Assembly (NCBI GenBank): GCA_965223185.1
Contig: OZ244988.1
Location: 2,500,613-2,564,612 of the forward strand
Origin: Nitrospirales bacterium
GTDB lineage: Bacteria > Nitrospirota > Nitrospiria > Nitrospirales > UBA8639
Length of the DNA: 64,000 nt
Direction of reading: 5' to 3'
Shown: positions 1 to 8,478 of the stretch, piece by piece
How the letters are laid out: each line of letters starts with the position of its first letter
Position numbering within the stretch: the first letter of the stretch is position 1
Position numbers and translations under genes: made by a program
Notes under the pieces: generated by a model
Seen by the model: only the letters and a program-made list of their open reading frames with translations
Told to the model about the DNA's origin: nothing
Databases searched by the model: none

Positions 1-669
1 CGAAAGAAATTGCAATCGATCCTGTAGCCCAAATGATTGAACGTATTCTTCAAAAATCTGGCCGGTGGGCGGGAGATCGAATCCTCCGCCTCGGATGTGA
101 GGATGGGCTAGAGCCACTTGAACCGCCAGTCCCCCTTGAGCCGATCCGATATCGTAAAAGGTTTGGTACTGTGCCCAGGGAAATTGTTGGGCAATGGCTT
201 TGCTGGCTCCCATGCTCAATCCAGTCATGGATTGGAGAAAAATTTTGAGTTTGGCCGGGTCAGCATACAATGTGCCGAAAAAATCTCCGCCTTCCTTGGA
301 CTCGTTTTGTGGAAGACCTGTTTTGAGGCCTTCGGTCAGGGACCCCCAAAATCCATATAATCGGGCGTTCGCCATTTCTAAAAAGCCACCAATATAAGAG
401 GACTTGGCTTTGTCGAGAAATAAATCGGTTTCCGGGGTGTTGGAATAGAGGCCGTTTTGGCGGTCCAACATTCCTAGGGCGACCAAGGCATCGAAAAAAT
501 CACGCGCACTTCGCGGATGTAATCCGAGACGGGTCTGTAAGGCGGCCGCGTCAAGTGGCTGGCAGGTCAGGACGCTAAAGACTCCTAGCTCTACGGCACT
601 GAGAAGGGTTTTGGAACCCCAAAAGGCCATACCTAGTTTCATAATCTGTTCAGGGGATTGATCGCCCAT
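1..669 (-). CDS. O-methyltransferase (class I SAM-dependent, family-2-like); 5' part only, C-terminus lies beyond the window start
   Basis: Not in the ORF track because it runs off the edge. Manual minus-strand translation from ATG at 669 (AGGAGA 7 nt upstream) gives an open 223-codon frame: [34 protein letters not shown]...[31 protein letters not shown]. This matches the dimerisation/winged-helix N-terminus plus SAM-binding loop typical of bacterial O-methyltransferases. Confidence 0.75.
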   Translation of the reverse strand, partial: MGDQSPEQIMKLGMAFWGSKTLLSAVELGVFSVLTCQPLDAAALQTRLGLHPRSARDFFDALVALGMLDRQNGLYSNTPETDLFLDKAKSSYIGGFLEMANARLYGFWGSLTEGLKTGLPQNESKEGGDFFGTLYADPAKLKIFLQSMTGLSMGASKAIAQQFPWAQYQTFYDIGSAQGGLAVQVALAHPHIRGGGFDLPPTGQIFEEYVQSFGLQDRLQFLS

Positions 670-709
670 GGTGGTCTCCTGCATCGAAAGGATGGAAAGG
701 GCTTGCCGG

Positions 710-1141
710 CTAATCACCGCCTTGAAAGGCGTCTTCTTCGTGTTCTTCAATCACGTCATCGGTTTCGATGCCTAAGCCCCCCTGAAAAGATTCTCGAATG
801 GCGAGAATATGTTGCTGGGTGGGTGTTCCTTCGATTTTTTGGCCGAACTGTTCGAGAAACCGATTGCAGGCATCCAAGCCGTGTTGGAAATATCGAGCCA
901 ACGGACCTTCCGTGACTTGTTGCCAGGTGATATAAATCAGATATTCTTGGAAGCGTTGAGATTGAGGAAGTTTCTGGCCAAACCCTTGAAGCACCTCAAA
1001 AGCTGCAGTGGCTTTGGGGCCTTGTACCGTAGAGAAGATCTCCTCGGCTTCAAGGATGGCGGTTTCAAAATCTCCCAATTCTCCCTGTTGTTCCGCTTGT
1101 TGAAGCGCGTGGTGTGCCGCGATGGCTGGATCAAAGTTCAT
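710..1141 (-). CDS. Hypothetical acidic protein (143 aa)
   Basis: ATG-initiated ORF, co-directional and tightly spaced between the Cys-cluster gene and the methyltransferase gene. No recognisable motif. Confidence 0.5.
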   Translation of the reverse strand: MNFDPAIAAHHALQQAEQQGELGDFETAILEAEEIFSTVQGPKATAAFEVLQGFGQKLPQSQRFQEYLIYITWQQVTEGPLARYFQHGLDACNRFLEQFGQKIEGTPTQQHILAIRESFQGGLGIETDDVIEEHEEDAFQGGD

Positions 1142-1201
1142 GGCATCCTTTCCAGGTATTCTCTTGGGTTGACTGTGGTGAAATGTCCGACGGTAGGAGA
1201 A

Positions 1202-2002
1202 TCATTTCTCGGTATTCCTGTTAGCAAGGGCTGCTCGTGTGTGTTGGAGAAATGTCCCGAGTCCATCCATTGATTTGTGAAAAAGATCGGATCCTTTCCA
1301 GGTGCGGGTATTGAGATCCTGGTGCTGTTCGGCCCACTCAAACGCAATGGGAAGGGGCATGAGTCGAACGGGTCCTTCGGTGAGATCGCTCCACAAAATG
1401 CTTAGGACTGTGCCCGCCCGAAGAGGAACGTGCAGTTCTTCAATAGGGTTGTTCGCCATATCCTGACATAATTCTGGTGGAGAGGTGACCAAGTGACTTC
1501 TGCACCCCGCTGGTCGATGGGCATAGATCGAACAAACTTCATTTTCGAGAAAGATGCATGGTAAGCGTAAGGCATAATAGGCTCGGTTGAACGATTCCAG
1601 TTCGTCATCTGAATGTTGATGGGGGGAATCAGCCAAGCCTTGCAGAGGGCGTAGAAGTCCGGCGTTCCGCAGTTGGGCTTTTGTGTCATCCAGTTTCTGT
1701 CGGATGCGTCCTTGTCGGTCGGGTGGCAGGCTGTGCAGGCCGTCAATGAGAACAAAGGCTTCTGGGGGTGAGACGGGTATCATCTGCCGGCAGCAGGCTC
1801 CACACCCCTTCTGGCACGAAATGGTTTTTCCGGATTTGAGGGTGTTTGACACTTCCAGGGCCTGCGCTTGCTCCCCTAAGGAGCGGAGCACGGGAACGAT
1901 ATCACTTATAGGGATGAATCCAGTTGGAACATCTACTTGGGCATGCAACTCTCCTGAAGTGGTCTCAATAGAGAGGTTGAGGCGTTCGGAAGACGATGGC
2001 AT
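1202..2002 (-). CDS. YkgJ/UPF0153-type cysteine-cluster (putative Zn/Fe-chelating) protein
   Basis: 266-aa ORF with CQKGCGACCRQ (CxxCxxCC) and later Cys residues (CIFLENEVCSIYAHRPAGCR), typical of the CxxCxxCC family. Confidence 0.65.
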   Translation of the reverse strand: MPSSSERLNLSIETTSGELHAQVDVPTGFIPISDIVPVLRSLGEQAQALEVSNTLKSGKTISCQKGCGACCRQMIPVSPPEAFVLIDGLHSLPPDRQGRIRQKLDDTKAQLRNAGLLRPLQGLADSPHQHSDDELESFNRAYYALRLPCIFLENEVCSIYAHRPAGCRSHLVTSPPELCQDMANNPIEELHVPLRAGTVLSILWSDLTEGPVRLMPLPIAFEWAEQHQDLNTRTWKGSDLFHKSMDGLGTFLQHTRAALANRNTEK

Positions 2003-2076
2003 AGTTATCAGTTCAGCGGCAGATTACGTATCCACTCGGAGAGAATATTTTAACGGTCAGGAGAAAGAATAAGCGA

Positions 2077-3039
2077 ATGTCTACTCAACAATCTAGCCAC
2101 GTTCCTTGCGACTGGAATGGCTTTTGTGATCGACGGAACAAGGACCTGATTGCACTGGCAGAAAAGGTTGAAGAAAGCTTTCTTCGCCGTGACACCGAAC
2201 ACCCCGCGTTCTGTGGGTGTATTGATTGGCATTCCAGTGTGCACGGGGCGTATGCCTTATTAACGGCAGCAAGACTGAGCGGACAATTTCAGTGGGCTGA
2301 GACTGTCGATGCCGCTCTTTCCCATGAGCGCCTCGATGCAGAATTGGCGTCATTTAAAAAGGGGGAACTCCAGCTTGAACTGCCGTATGGCTTTTCGTGG
2401 TTTTTGAAGCTGGCGATAGAACGGGAGCAGGGGTGGGCAAAACAAGACTTGCTGCCCTTGGCCGCAGAAATCGCATTTCAATTAGAAGATTGGATCTTTT
2501 CACTTCGTGCCGGAGAGGTGATTGCCCATTTAAAAAAGAGGGATTATGGCAATGTGTCCTGGGCTCTGTTGAACCTGTGGCAATGGAGCCAATGGCAGGG
2601 TGACCAGGAATTAATGGAAAAACTTCGCGGGTTTACACGGAACTGGGTCGTCCTGCTTGATGAAAGATTACCTCCGACCTATGATCAGGCGACGGATGAA
2701 TTTTTCGCGGCCTCTCTGCAACGAACCCGAGCCATTCTGACCATCCTTCCCAAAGAAGAATCTTTGTCCTGGTATGAATCATATTATCCGGACGGCCTAT
2801 TCATGGAACCTCTGTGCGCCGCGCCCACGCCCCATTCGGCAGGACTCAATTTTAGCCGTGCCTGGTCTTTCTGGACCTTCTTTCAATTTACCCAGGATCT
2901 GAGATTTCGTGACCTCTATGTCAATCATATCGTGACTCATATCAACCTTCCCGATTGTTGGCGCGATGACTATCGCAAACATGCTCACTGGGTGCCGCAG
3001 TTTGGGATTTATGCGATTGCGTTGAGTATGGAGGGATAA
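2077..3039 (+). CDS. Conserved hypothetical protein, DUF2891-like
   Basis: 320-aa ORF with AGGAGA upstream of the ATG. The motif HPAFCGCIDWHSSVHGAYALL resembles the DUF2891 signature as I remember it. The family assignment is from memory only. Confidence 0.6.
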   Translation: MSTQQSSHVPCDWNGFCDRRNKDLIALAEKVEESFLRRDTEHPAFCGCIDWHSSVHGAYALLTAARLSGQFQWAETVDAALSHERLDAELASFKKGELQLELPYGFSWFLKLAIEREQGWAKQDLLPLAAEIAFQLEDWIFSLRAGEVIAHLKKRDYGNVSWALLNLWQWSQWQGDQELMEKLRGFTRNWVVLLDERLPPTYDQATDEFFAASLQRTRAILTILPKEESLSWYESYYPDGLFMEPLCAAPTPHSAGLNFSRAWSFWTFFQFTQDLRFRDLYVNHIVTHINLPDCWRDDYRKHAHWVPQFGIYAIALSMEG

Positions 3040-3058
3040 TGCCTAATAGTCACATTTA

Positions 3059-3236
3059 GGTCATTCCTGCTGTTCCCTGGCAGGAATCTCTCCGATCTCC
3101 GTCATTCCTGTTTTCGCAGCCAGCCTCTGCAAGTGTTTGGCAGGGGGCAGGAATCTATCCCATCTGGGTCATTCCTGTTAGCCTTTGACAGGAATCCTTC
3201 TGTGCGGTCATCCCCGACATCCGCAATCGGGGATCC
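3059..3236 (+). repeat. Array of four REP-like palindromic units (GTCATTCC-YG..loop..CR-GGAATC), forming the left arm of an inverted composite repeat
   Basis: Units read directly: ggtcattcctgctgttccctggcaggaatc; gtcattcctgttttcgc...ggcagggggcaggaatc; gtcattcctgttagcctttgacaggaatc; gtcatccccgacatccgcaatcggggatc. Each can fold as a hairpin. Confidence 0.75.
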
Positions 3237-3600
3237 ATTTTTTCTTTTGGGGTTTCGCCCCCGAACGCCGAGTTATTGCTTGCTGCGTCCTGTAAGGCGC
3301 GACCTTTGTAGTGGAGGCAAAAAGAACCCAAAACCAGTACCGTCCAGTCCGGCCAACTCGGAGGGGATGAACACAAAGAGAAGGGCAGGTCATTTTTTAT
3401 TATCAAATACCTCTTTCATTCTCACCTCAAACGTTTATTTCTTCGTAAAACGCACTCCTGAAAGGGCGAGGGGGTTCTGGAGTGTCTTAGTTGAAAGATA
3501 AAACGCTATAGTCACATATTGAGCCTGCAGGAATTGCCAGAGGTTACAAGGTAGGCTAAACTGATAATTATCAGTAAATCTTCTGTTGAAAGGAGTGTTC

Positions 3601-3894
3601 ATGTTTACCATAGATTCCATTCGGCCTGTTTCAGATTTTAGCAGAAAACCTGCCGAGCATATTAAGCGGCTGAAAAAGACTGGGCGCCCTGAAGTGTTAA
3701 CCGTGAATGGCAAAGCAGAACTGGTCATTCAGGATGCCAGATCGTATGAAGACATGATGAGCCTCTTGCACTCACTCAAACAAATTGCCCAATCCAAAAA
3801 AGAGCATGATACGGGCAAAGGGGTTTCGGCCAAGAAAGCATTTTCCCGCCTCAGCAAAAAACTGGCAAAGTCCTATCCCGATGCAGGTTTTTAA
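3601..3894 (+). CDS. phd: Phd/YefM-family type II antitoxin
   Basis: MFTIDSIRPVSDFSRKPAEHIKRLKKTGRPEVLTVNGKAELVIQDARSYEDMMSLL is a typical Phd/YefM N-terminus. I prefer the ATG at 3601, preceded by AAAGGAG, over the ORF-track start at 3586. It overlaps the downstream toxin gene by 14 nt. Confidence 0.8.
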   Translation: MFTIDSIRPVSDFSRKPAEHIKRLKKTGRPEVLTVNGKAELVIQDARSYEDMMSLLHSLKQIAQSKKEHDTGKGVSAKKAFSRLSKKLAKSYPDAGF

Positions 3895-4183
3895 AATTCA
3901 TATTCCCCCAACTGTTGAAGATGAGATTGAGCATTACGTTCATGAAATCGCGAAGAATTCCGTCACTCATGCCCTGAAATGGTATGGGAGCATTATGGGC
4001 AAAATTTCAACACTAAGTAAATCTCCTGCCCGCTGTCCCTATGCCGATGAAATGGCCTTTCATGATTATGAGATCAGAAATTTAAATTTCGGCAATTATC
4101 GCGTTCTCTTTCACATCAAGGGCCAAACTGTTCAGGTATTGCATGTGAAACATGGCAAGATGAAACGCCGCCCGCTTGAATGA
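3881..4183 (+). CDS. parE: ParE/RelE-family type II toxin
   Basis: The internal ATG at 3881 of ORF 3785..4183 gives a 100-aa protein: MQVFKIHIPPTVEDEIEHYVHEIAKNS...YRVLFHIKGQTVQVLHVKHGKM. It has the ParE/RelE size and C-terminal signature (YR.l..i......v..v.H) and is paired with the upstream antitoxin. Confidence 0.8.
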   Translation: MQVFKIHIPPTVEDEIEHYVHEIAKNSVTHALKWYGSIMGKISTLSKSPARCPYADEMAFHDYEIRNLNFGNYRVLFHIKGQTVQVLHVKHGKMKRRPLE

Positions 4184-4684
4184 TCGCTCCAAGCTCCATT
4201 GCCTAATGAGAGGATCTCTAGGAGGTCTGACAGAAGGTGTCGCTTGGAGTATCTAAGAGCATCCGACCCTTGAATCAACTGGAAGGCGTCAGAAATTAGG
4301 AACTGAACGAAGGTGTTAACCCTAATGGCCGCGCCGCTTGGATATGCCGAAAGGAAGGGCCAAATGGAGAGTTGTCTTTATGCCTAAAAAATGGGCAAAT
4401 TAATTCCAAAGGCCAATTCATGTAACAGATCGCTGTAGTCGGTTACATTTTCGGCTTTGTTCTTGTTGCCCGGTTTCAATGTTCGCTTTGGCAAAAAGCG
4501 ACAATTGAATCAGATATTCGAGGAGTGCGACCGTCGCAAGTCGACCCACAGCGGACGTTTGAACAATTCAATACTGGGGTAAATTGGTCTATCATGTGAT
4601 TCAGCACAATAAATTTTGGTTTGATTGCTAGTAAAAGAAGATGCACCGTCAGCAATAACATCAAGTTCAATTGCATCTTAGGCT

Positions 4685-5671
4685 ATGTCTAATAATATTC
4701 CATTAGATCCCCCGCACGATCCGCTTCTGCATCTCAATGGGATTGATCCCTTACTATCTCTTGGAATCGAAAACATTCCATTAAATACAACGAATCACGA
4801 TCAACTCTTCATGCTATTTCATCGGGGGCTGCGGTCATGCGTCTATATTGGGACGCACCTTTTGGCACATATTCCAAGGAATGCAAATGGTGGGATAGAA
4901 CATGTTCCGGTCCTGATGTTATACCGCCACATCCTAAATTTAGGTGATTCCATCGCCACGCTATTTAGATTTGGTTCCGTATCGGAAATTTCAATTTTGA
5001 TAAGGTCTCTTTTTGAAAGTTGGTTGGCCCTTGAATTTGTTCTGGAAGGAAATTCATTGCAAACGGATCGAGGCTTAGCCTACTGGGCGTATTTCAATAT
5101 TATTAGGTTGAAAACGTTTACACAATATGATCGTAAAACCCCAGAAGGAAGGGAGTTCCATAGAATCTTAGACTCCTGCCCTGAACTAAGTGAGGCTAAT
5201 TTTGGAGGGGAAGACCATTCAACGGTTCGGGGGGAACTTGAAGCACTTTTAAACCAAGATAAGTTCAAACCTTTTTATGATAAGTACAAACCTCCTAAGA
5301 ATAAGAGAAAGCCTAAAAACTGGTACTCACTTTGCTCTGAAATTCAAGATTTAAGGTCATTGGCAAAAAAACTTGGGTATGAAGCAGAGTATGTCATTCT
5401 TTATTCCCGTCTCTCTGAAGTAGCACATGCCTCTGATGTAATTTCCAATAATTTTGAAGTGTCGGACGAGGGGCAAACTTTCATCGCGCCATTAAGGGGT
5501 ATCGCCGATCCGAATCTAAAGCAGTTTGCTGCCACAACAAGTAGGTACCTCTGTAAATGCCATTGTTTAATTATTGAATCCTATTTTCCTCCCAATTACG
5601 CAATGCGAAAAAGGTACGATAATTGGAATATGAATTATGAAAAATTTGATATGTGGCTTCGTGGAGATTGA
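4685..5671 (+). CDS. Hypothetical protein in an AT-rich island (possibly DUF5677-like)
   Basis: 328-aa ATG ORF with visibly AT-rich codon usage compared with flanking genes. The motifs IRSLFESWLALEFVL and YSRLSEVAHAS resemble DUF5677 from memory. This is a weak assignment. Confidence 0.55.
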   Translation: MSNNIPLDPPHDPLLHLNGIDPLLSLGIENIPLNTTNHDQLFMLFHRGLRSCVYIGTHLLAHIPRNANGGIEHVPVLMLYRHILNLGDSIATLFRFGSVSEISILIRSLFESWLALEFVLEGNSLQTDRGLAYWAYFNIIRLKTFTQYDRKTPEGREFHRILDSCPELSEANFGGEDHSTVRGELEALLNQDKFKPFYDKYKPPKNKRKPKNWYSLCSEIQDLRSLAKKLGYEAEYVILYSRLSEVAHASDVISNNFEVSDEGQTFIAPLRGIADPNLKQFAATTSRYLCKCHCLIIESYFPPNYAMRKRYDNWNMNYEKFDMWLRGD

Positions 5672-6269
5672 AGAGAGAGTTAAAACTGCCGAAGAAAATT
5701 CAAAACTTGCTTAACATATCAACGATCTACCTGGCTTCACCAAAGGCCTCCTTAGCTCTGCCGTTTCGTTCAGCGGAAAAAACAGCTTTACCCATTTTCA
5801 TGTCCGCTTTTGGCCGAGTGGGGAAGTCAGGTAAACATAGAAGGAGCGCGTTCTCGCTTCCAGTTTGAATTTTCGCTTTTCCTGAGATAGGCAAGAAAGC
5901 AAAAATTAATCGGATGGTCTGGAACATGGGGAAAACCGTCGGGCCATTCACTCAGAAATTCTCACCCATGCAACCGAATGGCCTATTCTGTTATCTTTTC
6001 AAGGAATCTCAGGTTGTTTCCCGAAAGTAAATTCTTATCAAATCAAGGCCTTGCAAAACCCTGCGTACATTGATGATGGAGGAAAATGAAACAGTTTCCC
6101 TCAGCGAAGTGTTACATGTTCATCATTGTTTGTCTCCTCTTTTGTCCCTTCGTTTTGACCTACAACTAAATTGCCATTCTTGAGCACTTCAACTCTTTCC
6201 TCTTTTCGACGCCTGCTGTCCGGCTCTTGGGCTGAACGCTCTTATTCTTCGGCGGGCCTTGTCTGAGCC

Positions 6270-6540
6270 CTTCGAGAAGCCTCAGGACAAGCTCCGCGAG
6301 TTGGTCCGCCCTCCATCTGGCGTTCGTCCCTTTCAACCTGGCCGGACTGGGCGTCAATGGTTTTGTCCACTTTTGTCGAAACAAAAGTGGCTCGTCGTTC
6401 GGGGGCGAGACCCCGAGGAAGTCAAAATAGATTCCTGCCTACGGCTAGCAGGAATGACGGAGATCGGAAAATTTCCTGTCCCCCTGCCAAATACTTGCAG
6501 GGGCTGGCTCCGTTAGCAGGAATGACAGGGTGGGAATTGT
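6270..6540 (-). repeat. Right arm of the inverted composite repeat (REP-like units plus a conserved element of about 150 nt), an inverted copy of 3059-3390
   Basis: The reverse complement of 6430-6537 aligns by eye with 3070-3160 (caggaatgacggagatcgg..cctgccaaaYacttgcagRggctggct..caggaatgac). The reverse complement of 6280-6425 shares ggggtYtcgcccccgaacgMcgag and ccagtccggcca blocks with 3250-3370. Confidence 0.65.
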
Positions 6541-6554
6541 GATCCTTGAAATTC

Positions 6555-7436
6555 TTATTCCACCCCAATTTTTTGTAGGGCCTCTGTTGCAGAAATTAAA
6601 TTTCGATTCAACCCTACACTTTTAGAATCCATCCCCATGGCGAGGCCGAGGAGTTGGGGGAGGTGAAATATCGGCAAGTCAATTAAGGTGTTGTGCTGAC
6701 TAGCCGCTTGGGACTGCATGCCGTCTAGATTTAAATGACAGAGTGGGCAGGGGGTGACCATGATATCAGCCCCATGAGATTTGGCGTCTTGGGTATGGGT
6801 CGCTACCATGGATAAGGAATTGATTTTGTTGATGGTGAGAATGGGAAAGCCACAGCAGCGGGTTTTGCCGGGAAAGTCCACGACTTGGGCTCCGAGAATT
6901 TCTATGATGCGTTCCAGCGATTTTCCTCTGTCCGGATGTTCTTCGAATCCTAACGCTTCTGTTGGTCGTTGGATATAACAGCCATAAAACGGAGCAGCCC
7001 GAAGGCCGGTCAGTGGCCTCATGATCTTCTGTCGAAGTTTTTCCTCACCCACATCTTCCAATAAGATCCACAGGAAATGTTTTATCGTCGTGGTTCCGTC
7101 ATAGTTGAGCCCTTCCTCATTTAGGATTCTGTTTACTTCTTCGAGGTATTTCGGTGTATTTGTGAGTCGGTGATTGGCTTGGCTCATCACCCCCTGGCAG
7201 GTACTGCAGATGGTCATAATCGGCAAGCCCTGTTGTTCGGCCAATGCGAATGTCCGGGCATTGAGCACATCGCCTAATTTCTCATCCTTCTCTTGCAGAA
7301 CACCGGCGCCGGTGCAGGAGGCGGTCGTCATTTCTTCAAGGTCAATGCCCAGCTTGGGATAGACCTGCATGACGGATTGATAGAGTTCGGGGCAAGCTCC
7401 CTTGGAGACGCATCCGGGGAAGAACGCATATTTCAT
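6555..7436 (-). CDS. Succinate dehydrogenase/fumarate reductase subunit E-type (HdrB-like, two CCG cysteine-rich domains)
   Basis: MKYAFFPGCVSKG... N-terminus, CSTCQG, KTRCCGFP and PCPLCHLNLD motifs, as in HdrB/GlpC/SdhE proteins. Its ATG overlaps the sdhB stop in an ATGA. Confidence 0.8.
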   Translation of the reverse strand: MKYAFFPGCVSKGACPELYQSVMQVYPKLGIDLEEMTTASCTGAGVLQEKDEKLGDVLNARTFALAEQQGLPIMTICSTCQGVMSQANHRLTNTPKYLEEVNRILNEEGLNYDGTTTIKHFLWILLEDVGEEKLRQKIMRPLTGLRAAPFYGCYIQRPTEALGFEEHPDRGKSLERIIEILGAQVVDFPGKTRCCGFPILTINKINSLSMVATHTQDAKSHGADIMVTPCPLCHLNLDGMQSQAASQHNTLIDLPIFHLPQLLGLAMGMDSKSVGLNRNLISATEALQKIGVE

Positions 7437-8392
7437 GTTTTGGATCTCACTCGTTTAAAGAGTCGTTGAATCTGTTGGATACCGGGAATCGGACGATGCA
7501 GCGGACCAGATAATGGGACCTTGCCTCTGAAGACCGATTGCATGACCATTGGAATCATCTCGAGCAAACGTCCCAAATGTTTCAGCCCAAAAGTTCTGAC
7601 TGCCAACATGGGTTCGTCCAGGATGCCTTTATGTTTGATGATGTCGGTAAAGGCTTCTGCATGGCGAGAGCCACACGTAGATGGTACCTTTTGCTCGAGA
7701 CCACGGGAGCGTAAGGCCATGATTCGATCCATAGGCCCCACACCTTTCGGGCAGACTTGTATGCATTCCATACAACGCGTGCAATCCCACATGCCGCTTG
7801 GCTGATTCAGCTTGTTTAATCGAGGACTTGTAGCCGTGTCACGGGGATCGGCGACAAATCGATAGGCTTTTGCCAGCGCGGCCGGGCCTAGAAAAGTTTT
7901 GTCAATTTCCAATACAGTGCAGTCGGAAACGCAGACGCCGCACATGATACAGCTCATGACTCCTGCCAAATGGTTCATTGATTCTGGAGGAGCGAGGTAT
8001 TCGGCAGTCGGTGAGGGTTCAGCCGTTTGGAGCCAGGGTTGTACCTGCCGGATCTTGTTCCAGAATGGGGCCATATCGGTCACTAAATCCTTGATGATTG
8101 GCATATTGTTCATGGGTTCGACTTGAATCGTGCCACCCGGGGGCGAGACGGACACCACTTTGGTCTTACAGGCGAGAGTGGCATGGCCATTTATGCGCAT
8201 GCCGCAGGATCCGCAGATCGCTCCCCGACAAGAGCACCGGAGGGCCAGTGAGTCATCAAGTGTTTCTCGAACTTTGATCAGTCCATCTAAAACCGAATCG
8301 GCCGGATCCAGTTCAAGTTGGTAATCTTCGAAGAAGGAGGAGGGATGTGAGTGTTCAGGATTATAGCGGCGAACGCGCAAGGTCGTAAGCAT
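7433..8392 (-). CDS. sdhB: Succinate dehydrogenase/fumarate reductase iron-sulfur subunit
   Basis: 2Fe-2S motif CSCRGAICGSCGMRINGHATLAC plus ferredoxin-type CIMCGVCVSDC and CTRCMECIQVCPKG. Located between sdhA and the CCG subunit gene. Confidence 0.9.
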   Translation of the reverse strand: MLTTLRVRRYNPEHSHPSSFFEDYQLELDPADSVLDGLIKVRETLDDSLALRCSCRGAICGSCGMRINGHATLACKTKVVSVSPPGGTIQVEPMNNMPIIKDLVTDMAPFWNKIRQVQPWLQTAEPSPTAEYLAPPESMNHLAGVMSCIMCGVCVSDCTVLEIDKTFLGPAALAKAYRFVADPRDTATSPRLNKLNQPSGMWDCTRCMECIQVCPKGVGPMDRIMALRSRGLEQKVPSTCGSRHAEAFTDIIKHKGILDEPMLAVRTFGLKHLGRLLEMIPMVMQSVFRGKVPLSGPLHRPIPGIQQIQRLFKRVRSKT

Positions 8393-8478
8393 AAAAATGG
8401 GAGCTTGGTGCCCTGTATGAAAAAAGGCTTATATACGATTGTAACAAATAGGGACGGCGGGAAATCGACCGGCCTTTG

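Noticed and set aside
33-397. Three overlapping plus-strand ORFs (71, 80 and 67 aa) at the left edge
   Set aside because: They are antisense to a continuous 223-codon minus-strand frame with clear O-methyltransferase motifs and a good RBS. The plus-strand peptides have no recognisable features.
3059-3236. Possible CRISPR arrays, considering both the REP-like clusters and the 357-bp tandem repeat at 43021-47304
   Set aside because: The REP units vary in length and sequence, are themselves palindromic and lack unique spacers of uniform size. The 357-bp repeats have no spacers at all and are in-frame coding sequence. No cas genes are in the window.
3133-3501. ORFs reading through the REP-like arrays. 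This entry covers this one and those at 3155..3406, 6259..6542, 32002..32408 and 33173..33572, some of which share peptide strings such as VIPEVGCRESL.
   Set aside because: The shared peptides arise because the same palindromic DNA is translated. The ORFs overlap each other on both strands, lack RBSs and span hairpin repeats. I treat them as non-coding repeat DNA.
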